Shown here piece after piece: positions 54,099 to 64,000 of a DNA stretch of 64,000 nucleotides (position 1 is the stretch's first letter; each line of letters opens with the position of its first letter). Source of the DNA: Octopus vulgaris (Eukaryota); contig OX597839.1 in NCBI GenBank assembly GCA_951406725.2, positions 39,308,001 to 39,372,000 on the forward strand, read 5' to 3'. The notes under the pieces were generated by a model, which ran no database searches, was not told where the DNA came from, and worked only from the letters and a program-made list of their open reading frames with translations. A program made the position numbers and the translations under genes.

Positions 54099-54145
<47 letters not shown>

Positions 54146-54188
54146 AAAATGTATACATTATATGTGTATATATACATATATACATAAA

Positions 54189-54247
<59 letters not shown>

Positions 54248-55587
54248 TGATGATGCATATAAAGAGAAAACATGTCATATCTGTCTGTCTGTCTCTTTTT
54301 ATATAAAATATATATATATATATATATATACATATATATGTATAGTGTGCATGTATGTTGATATACAGATGTGTATGAATTTATATCTACTATATAGTCT
54401 TTGATATATAAATTAAATGTTTATCTTTTTCTATATATCTATCTATCTACATTGATATCTATGTTACTGTATACATATATATATATATATATAAGAGAGA
54501 GAGAGAGACATATATATGTGTGTGTCTATGTATGTTTATATATATATATATATATATATACATGCATATGGAATGTGTATGTGTACACAAATATACATAT
54601 AGAAGCATGTATGTGTATACATATGTATATGTTGATATATGTATGCTTATTTAAACATATATACTTATGCATATATATAAATATATATATATACACACAA
54701 AATATATATATATATGCACACAAATATATTTAAGTCTTTATATATTTACTCTGACCTTCACCCTCACACTCCCCACCCCGTCTTCCCCTGTACACTATGA
54801 CCTAATCTTTACCCCACACCCTACACCCTGCAACCCCTCCCCCCCATTTCAACACAATAGCTGCTCTGGACAGACTGTCGGTCTCTTCATCTTCAGTATA
54901 CAACACCACATCAACCACTATCATCATCATCATCATCATCACTTCTATATTTATCATAGCATCACTATTCTCATGTGTGTGTGTGTTTATGCGTATATAA
55001 ATGTGTGCATACATGTGCATATGAATATGTATACATACATATAAGTATATATGTATATGTACATGTGTATATAGTATAAATGTATATGTGAGTGTGTGTA
55101 TATATATGTGTGTGTGTGTGTGTATATATGTATGTATGTATGTATATATATATATATATTTGTGTATGTACATATGTGTGTGTGTGTATTTATAAACCCA
55201 TGCCAGCATGGAAAATTGGCATAAAATAAATTTGATAACAACAGTCATATATATACACACACATAGTTAAAATTTACAAAAAAACCCAAAACAAAACAAG
55301 AGGAAGACAGGTGTGTAAACAACAAACAGGTGTGTTTGTCCTTTTCACCCCATCATCATATCACTCTTTACCACTGTCCCCATCTTCCACCAGCACCCTT
55401 TATCCTTGGTCTCCCTTCCTTCACAACACCTGTGTAAGGAGGAGTGGCACAGACTCTGTCTATGTTTATTTGTCACCATTCTCCTTCTTTACTAATAACC
55501 ATAACTCTCATCTCTTCTCCCATGCTTCATCACTCTTTGTTGCCATCCTTCACACACTCATAATCATCGCTATCAATCGCCCTCACC

Positions 55588-56720
55588 TACCATCACCTAC
55601 GTTCATTTCTATTCGATCATGTCAACTATGTTGCTTGTTCTATTCAATGTCATTACCAACAACCAGCATGCAGCTACAACTATTTCGTATACGACCATTT
55701 TTTTTCTTTTTTTGAAGAGATCTCTTTTCATTCTACAGAACTTCAAAAGCACAGCATGATCTGTTGTAATATAAAGGTCAACAAGGAATGCAAACATCAG
55801 ACAGTAAAAACTGAAACTCTTGTATATAAACATTAACACATGTTTACATACACACACACACACACACACATATACATACATATATATATACTTATGCATG
55901 TGTGTGTGCATGCAAACACGTACCAGAGAATCTCTCCAAACTATACAGCAATATCTAAGCATTATCCAAGCCTGATAGGATTATCTATGAAGGAAAATAA
56001 CCAATACCAATGTAAATAATCTCCACAAACCATGAATCCACAAATACTTTCCGCTTTGCAAGAATGAAGGACAACTCAGAATAATGAGACTTGCATATGA
56101 ATGTATACCATCACCTACGTTCATTTCTATTCGATCATGTCAACTATGTTGCTTGTTCTATTCAATGTCATTACCAACAACCAGCATGCAGCTACATCTA
56201 TTTTGTATATCTACATACATACATACATATCCCTTCATTTAGTCCATCTTTCCAGGCTAGCATGTGTTAGAAAGGGATTAATTTCGGATTGGATTATATA
56301 CCTAGGTGCTATCACTGTCACCAACCCTAACCATTTTTTTTTTGAAGAGATCTCTTTTCATTCTACAGAACTTCAAAAGCACAGCATGATCTGTTGTAAT
56401 ATAAAGGTCAACAAGGAATGCAAACATCAGACAGTAAAAACTGAAACTCTTGTATATAAACATTAACACATGTTTACATACACACACACATATACATACA
56501 TATATATACTTATGTGTGTGTGTGTGTGTGTGCATGCAAACACGTGCCAGAGAATCTCTCCAAACTATACAGCATTATCCAAGCCTGATAGGATTATCTA
56601 TGAAGGAAAATAACCGATACCAATGTAAATAATCTCCACAAACCATGAATCCACAAATACTTTCCGCTTTGCAAGAATGAAAGACAACTCAGAATAATGA
56701 GACTTGCATATGAATGTATA
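55588..56720. repeat. Tandem duplication (55588-56105 and 56106-56720)
   Basis: Near-identical unique sequence. The second copy has an extra ~135 bp at ~56200-56332. Confidence 0.9.
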
Positions 56721-56739
56721 TATATGTATATATATGCAC

Positions 56740-56781
<42 letters not shown>

Positions 56782-57058
56782 AAACAAGAAAGCACAAAAG
56801 ACACAACGCGAGGACGTGGAACAAATATAGTATTATTGGACGCTCAGGAAAGAAGGAGGGTTTAACGTTTCGAGCGGAGCTCTTTGCGGAAACATAGAAG
56901 GGAAGACAGAGGAAAAAAACGCAACAGTACACACGCGGTCACATTTACACACACACATACATTAGAATATACATGTATACATACATGTGTATACATATAC
57001 ATACATATATATACATACGCATACATATATACATACATACGCATACATATATACATAG

Positions 57059-57089
<31 letters not shown>

Positions 57090-57499
57090 CAAACACATGG
57101 TGGGGCTTAACATATTTTCTGCCAGGGGAGCGGGTGAAGGTGGGTTATAATAGAATACAGTTGACCAAGTGCTGTGCAGTGGGACTGAACCTAAATCCAC
57201 ATGGTTGAGAAATAAACTGCTTAACTGCACAGCCATGCTTACACACACATAACAGCTCCCATGTATGTATGAATGTATGTATATACATACAGATACACAC
57301 ACACACACACATATATGTATGTACATACAAACACACACAAGCATGTACATATACGTATACACACATGCTGTAAGATATGAGGAAGCCATGTTCAATAGAG
57401 TAGGTTCTTGAGGTCATTACTGGCAATGATTAATCAACTGTAGAACATGTCTACTATATACGCATGGATGTATATGCACACATATGTATATATATATAC

Positions 57500-57532
<33 letters not shown>

Positions 57533-57689
57533 GATGTATATGCACACGTATGTATATGTATATATATGCATATGTATATATATATATGGATGTATATGCA
57601 CACATATGTATATGTATGTATATACATATGGATGTATATGGACACATATGTATATACATGTGTGTTGAGAGAGGGAGAGTGTACATACA

Positions 57690-57759
<70 letters not shown>

Positions 57760-57874
57760 CACATATATATATATATACACATATATATATATATATACAC
57801 ACACACATATATATATATACACACACACATATATATATACACACACACATATATACACACACACACACATATAT

Positions 57875-57924
<50 letters not shown>

Positions 57925-58338
57925 CATGAAAAGATCTTTTGCTCATCAGCAAGTGTATGCATATTTACATATACTTAAATATATGCATCCTCCATCTATT
58001 ATATATGCAAGTGTGTATATATGTATACACACATACACACACACGTGTATATACATACATGCACTCACGTTTGCTGATGAGCAAAAGTAAAATGAAAATA
58101 TCGAAAAACAAAAAAAACATACACACAGTCCTCTGCACCACCACCACCACCACTACCCACAAGATATATATATTCTCCCCTCCTCACGTACACCCCCCAC
58201 ATCTATCCGCTGCTAATGTACCGTTGGACTGGTGAAGGAATCTCCTTGAAAATCTCCATACTGGTCAGTGAGTGGCCACAACAGATATGTTAGGCATGTG
58301 TGTGTGCATATGGTGATTATATATATATATGTGTATAT

Positions 58339-58369
<31 letters not shown>

Positions 58370-58743
58370 GATGTATATGCATATGTATGTATATGTATAT
58401 ATATGCATATATATATATATATATATATATGTATTGTATGTATGTGTATATATATATGTATGTGTGTATATATATATATATGTATGTATATGTATATATA
58501 TATGTATATGTATATATATGTATGTATATATATATATATGTATGTATGTGTATATATATGTATGTGTGTATATATATATGTATGTATATATATATATGTA
58601 TGTATATATATATATATATATACACACTAATATATGTGATATACTCACACAGTATACATGCATACATATGTATTGTATTTGTTTGTATGTGTGTGTATGT
58701 TGAGATATATATGTGTATATATGTGTGTGTGTCTGTATGTATG

Positions 58744-58951
58744 CTATATATATGTTGAAGGCCCAAGACGGGTGGCGTTGGAGGAAAGGTCAAATCTGTG
58801 TCTTCTGCCCCTCTCCTTATCCCTTCTCGCTCGCTCTCTCTCTTCCTCCCTCTTCTCCTCTTCGTCCTTCCAGATGGTGGCAGGTAGGATGTGGTCAGGA
58901 GAGTGAAGGCAACATTCCTTCAGCTGGTCTGCAATCATCTCGTTCCAATTA
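58744..58951 (-). CDS. Candidate terminal exon, copy 1 (same start, ends ...[26 protein letters not shown])
   Basis: Near-identical to 59940-60150 except for a 5-bp indel that changes the C-terminal frame. Confidence 0.3.
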
Positions 58952-59488
58952 CTGATCCACCATCAACACCAACACCACAACTGCCATCATCATCATCATC
59001 ATCATTATCCTCATGACCACTACCACTTCTTAATAACCACTGCTTTCACCAACACCACCGGAGCTACTATCATCACAATAATCACCGCCACCATCACCAT
59101 CGTCTTAACATCACTAAAATTGCCATCATCATAACCATCACCATCATCACTGCTACCATGACCATCATCACAACCATCACTGCCACCATCACCACCACCA
59201 CCACCACCTTAACACCACTCTCTAACAGAACCACCACCACCATCATTGTAACTACAACCATCACCATCATCACTACTACCATGACCATCATCACAACCAT
59301 CACTGCCACCACCACCACCACCACCACCACCACCACCACCACCACCTTAACACCACTCTAACATCACTCTCTAACAGAACCACAACCACCACCACAGCCA
59401 CCATCACCATAATCAATACCACCCACATCACCACCGCCATATGTTAGGCATGTGTGTGTGCATATGGTGATTATATATATGTGTATAT

Positions 59489-59521
<33 letters not shown>

Positions 59522-59586
59522 ATGTATGTATATATATGTATATATATATATATATGTATATGTATATATATATATGTATGTATATG

Positions 59587-59617
<31 letters not shown>

Positions 59618-59758
59618 GTATATATATGTATGTGTATATATATGTATGTGTGTATATATATATCTATGTGTGTATATATATATATATGTATGTATGTATA
59701 TGTATATATATATATATGTATATGTATATATATTTATGTGTGTATATATATAGGTATG

Positions 59759-59821
<63 letters not shown>

Positions 59822-59939
59822 TAATATATGTGATATACTCACATAGTATACATGCATACATATGTATTGTATTTGTTTGTATGTGTGTGTATATTGAGAT
59901 ATATATGTGCATATATGTGTGTGTGTGTCTGTATGTATG

Positions 59940-60150
59940 CTATATATGTTGAAGGCCCAAGACGGGTGGCGTTGGAGGAAAGGTCAAATCTGTGTCTTCT
60001 GCTCCTCTCCTCTCCTTATCCCTTCTCGCTCGCTCTCTCTCTTCCTCCCTCTTCTCCTCTTCGTCCTTCCAGATGGTGGCAGGTAGGATGTGGTCAGGAG
60101 AGTGAAGGCAACATTCCTTCAGCTGGTCTGCAATCATCTCGTTCCAATTA
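59940..60150 (-). CDS. Candidate terminal exon, copy 2 ([69 protein letters not shown])
   Basis: Unique, protein-like frame after a weak cag acceptor, with an in-frame stop four codons upstream. No family recognised. Confidence 0.35.
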
Positions 60151-62757
60151 CTGATCCACCGTCAACACCAACACCACAACTGCCATCATCATCATCATCA
60201 TCCTCATCACCACCACCACCACCACCACTTCTTAATAACCACTGCTTTCACCAACACCACCGGAGCTACTATCATCACAATAATCACCACCACCACCACC
60301 ACCATCACCACCGTCTTAACATCACTAAAATTGCCATCATCATAACCATCACCATCATCACTGCTACCATGACCATCATCACAACCATCACTGCCACCAC
60401 CACCACCACCACCATCATTGTAACTATAACCATCACCATCATCACTACTACCATCACCATCATCACAACCATCACTGCCACCACCACCACCACCACCACC
60501 ACCACCTTAACACCACTCTAACATCACTCTCTAACAGAACCACCACCACCACCACAGCCACCATCACCATAATCAATACCACCCACATCACCACCACCTC
60601 CACCACTGCTTCCGCCGCCGGTGCTGATTGTGGTGAAAATGGTTGTTCAGAAACCCTAGGTCAGTACTGATTAAGCAAACCTATGATCAAAACCACTCAA
60701 TCTATGTCTATCACATCTTTTCAATAGGGGTGGGCATATCCTACAAAAACAGCATTTAATTTATCGTTGTCTTCTTTTTCCCTATTTTGTTTACAAGATG
60801 AAAGAATATGGTAATTTGAGGCAGATTTGGCTGTTATTTCTAGCAGACGAAGCAACCACATAGACGTTTGTGTGGTCTTTTTTTTTTAATCTTTAATTTA
60901 TTTCAGTCATTTGACAGCGGCCATGCTGGAGCATCGCCTTTAGTCGAACAAATCGACCCCAGAACTTATTCTTTGTAAGCCTAGTACATATTCTAACAAT
61001 CTCTTTTGCTGAACCACTAGGTTGTAGGGATGTAAACACACCAACATCTGTTGTCAAGCAATGGAGGAGGGGACAAACACAGATACACAAAGATATACAT
61101 CATCATTATCGTTTAATGTCCATTTTCCATGCTGGTATGGGTTGGATGGTTCGACCAGGGTCTGGGAAGCCAGGAGGCTGCACCAGGCTCCAGTCTGATC
61201 TGGCAGTGCTTCTACAACTAGATGCCCTTCCTAATGCCAACCACACTGTGAGTGTAGAGAGTGCTTTTTACATGCCACCGGCACAGGGGCCAGAGGAGGC
61301 TGGCAATATCCACAATCATCATCATCATCATCGTTTAACGTCCGTTCTCCATGCTAGCATGGGTTGGACGGTTCGACCGGGGATCTGGGAAGCCAGAAGG
61401 CTGCACCAGGCTCCGGTCTTATCTGGCAACGTTTCTACAGCTGGATGCCCTTCCTAATGCCAACCACTCCGGTTTGTGCTTTTTACGCGCCACCAGCACG
61501 TAAAAAGCACGAACATTTATATATATATATATATATGTATATACGACAGGCTTCTTTCAGTTTCTGTCTATCAGATCCACTCGCCATTCTTTGGTTGGCC
61601 TGAGGCTATAGTAGAAGATACTTGCCCAAGGTACCACACAGTGGGACTGATCCAGGAACCATGTGGTTGGGAAGCAAGCTTCTTACCACACAGCCACATC
61701 TGCCCCTGGTGTATTATGCTTAGTGATTTGTGTGGTGGTGGTGGTGATAGTGGTGGTGTTGTCAGTGGTAGTGAAGAAACATCTGTGGTGCCATGTGAAA
61801 TTCAGGGGTTGCGTTGTCGTGTATCTAGGAATACATTATGCAATTTGTCCTTCAACATATAACGAGATGATAAGAATGTATGACTTTTAAGAGAAGTTTG
61901 GCTGCTATTTCTAGCGCACTGAACAATCACACAGAAGCATCACGGTGATTTGTGGAGGAAGTTCTGCTTTGGATGGTGATGAAGAATTTCTCTTTGGGGT
62001 ATTGTGGTGTGGATCTGAGGGTGGGGTGTGCTGTGGTGGCAAGCTGGCAGAGTCGTTAGCACGTCGGGCGAAATGCTTTGCGGTATTTCGGCTGCCGTTA
62101 CGTTGCGAGTTCAAATTCCGCCGAGGTCGACTTCGCCTTTCATTCTTTCGGGGTCGATAAATTACGCACTGGGGTCGATGTAATCGACTTAATCCGCTTG
62201 TGTGTCCTTGCTTGTCCCCTCTGTATTTGGCCCCTTGTGGGTAGTAAAGAAATAGGTAGTGATGTTGGTGGTGGTAGTGTGAGGGTTGTGATTGTAGGGA
62301 CAGATATATTCTAATGGTGTTGGTGATGGTAATGGTGGCAGTGGTGGTGCATGTTCTATACTAACCATCAGCTGATGGTAATGCAGTAGCAGCGTGATGA
62401 TAGCGATGGCATTACCAAAACCACCATCACCACCACCACCACCACCAGCAACCATAATGGCAGCAGCTGGTCGGAACCAGAAATAATCAACAGAACTGAA
62501 GAAATAATCATAATCTTAATCTTTATTCATCTTAATCTTGTAAGATGCCTAAAATATTACATACTTCTGTACACACATGTATCTATATGTATATGTATAT
62601 ATACACATAAATATGTAACCATTTATATAAAAATACTATATCTATACTCATATATATATATATATATATATAAAACTATATATTTATACATATATAAAAC
62701 TATATATTTATACATATATAAAACTATATATACATACATGTATATATACATATATAA

Positions 62758-62794
<37 letters not shown>

Positions 62795-63334
62795 TCTATA
62801 CATAAAATATATAGACATACATATATCTATACATATATAAAACTATATATATGCATATATATATATATATACATATATAAAACATATATATATATATATA
62901 TATAAAACTATATATATGCATATATATATACATATATAAAACATATATATATATATAAAACTATATATATATGCATATATATATACATATATAAAACATA
63001 TATATATATAAAACTATATATATGCATATATATATACATATATAAAACATATATATATATATATACTTACATACATATATAACTATATGAAACTATGCAC
63101 ACACACATATATGCATACACCTATACATGTGTGTGTGTGTGAGTATATTTATCATTATTATCATCATTTACATATGTACATATATCATCATTTCATTTAA
63201 TGACTTTGTTTCTCATGCCCAGGTTTTACAAATGAGAGAAATAGAACTCAACTGTTTACAGAGAAGAGTATTTATAGTTTAGTTTTGTTACAAGCTAAAA
63301 AAAAACAACAAAAACTACAGCGACTCCATACTTT

Positions 63335-64000
63335 ACAACTGTGGATTAGCAACAGTAAGAGTACACCCAGTACATGTAAAACAGCGTATTAGCAACAGTA
63401 ATGCCACACTATTACAACAGTGTATTAGCAACAGTAATGCCACACTTTTACAACAGTGTATTAGCAACAGTAATGCCACACTTTTACAACAGTGTATTAG
63501 CAACAGTAATGCCACACTTTTACAACAGTGTATTAGCAACAGTAATGCCACACTTTTACAACAGTGTATTAGCAACAGTAATGCCACACTTTTACAACAG
63601 TGTATTAGCAACAGTAATGCCACACTTTTACAACAGTGTATTAGCAACAGCAAAACAAATGAAACAGATTGTGTTAACAACAGCAAGGAAAACACAGGAA
63701 AGATACTGTATTAGCAACACGAACACAAATAAAAGTGAGATGTAAGCAACAGCAACAAGAACTTCAAAAGGATGGATTGTTAGCAACAAGTGGACAAACC
63801 AACTGATAATACGCTAGCAACAAGAGCACTAATAAAGCAGACAATGTGTTAGCAACAGCCACAAAAACGTAATAAAACAATGCATAAGCAACAGTAATAA
63901 GCATACACTGTGAAACAGTGTGTTAGCAACAAGTACAGAAATAAACAGTGTGTTAGCAACCAGAAAAAGAACACAACTATCAAGGAGTGTGTTAGCAACA
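63335..64000. repeat. Repeat-spacer minisatellite with conserved TTAGCAAC core, running off the window
   Basis: 19 cores at 63346, 63389, 63425, 63461, 63497, 63533, 63569, 63605, 63641, 63674, 63711, 63743, 63780, 63814, 63849, 63885, 63923, 63953 and 63992. Seven near-identical 36-bp units, then divergent spacers. Confidence 0.9.

Larger units (their letters stand above)
58285..60598. repeat. Tandem duplication of ~1.15 kb (58285-59438 and 59439-60598)
   Basis: Both copies begin atatgttaggcatgtg and end acccacatcaccacc. Differences lie mainly in microsatellite lengths. Confidence 0.9.

Noticed and set aside
52727-59952. Dozens of Tyr/Ile/Cys/Val/His/Thr ORFs
   Set aside because: (TA)n and (CA)n dinucleotide repeats.
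63335-64000. CRISPR array or repeat-protein CDS
   Set aside because: Eukaryotic context, no cas genes, a conserved core of only 8-12 nt, seven near-identical spacers, and frames that break in the divergent part. Kept as a non-coding array finding.

Overview
Eukaryotic, AT-rich, microsatellite- and SINE-saturated DNA. The repeat content (CORE-like, Meta-domain and tRNA-Arg-like SINEs, RTE tails, (TA)n/(CA)n/(CAT)n) suggests an octopus genome; this is inference, not a search result. Almost all ORFs in the supplied track are microsatellite or SINE artefacts. The only convincing gene is a minus-strand TNF-receptor-superfamily gene. Two exons (49495-49597 and 13149-13309) have canonical splice sites and matching phase, and join across a 36,185-bp intron into a CD40/RANK/OPG-like cysteine-rich ectodomain. 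I did not find its first or last exons in the window. The rest is at least four SINE families, RTE and CR1 LINE 3' ends, Tc1/mariner fossils, piggyBac-like and hAT-like MITEs, hammerhead-like relics, fold-back hairpins, local duplications and a few orphan exon-like islands. At the right edge, a repeat-spacer array keeps a TTAGCAAC core while its spacers diverge, and it runs off the window. Repeat boundaries were read by eye and are approximate unless a TSD or TIR is quoted.
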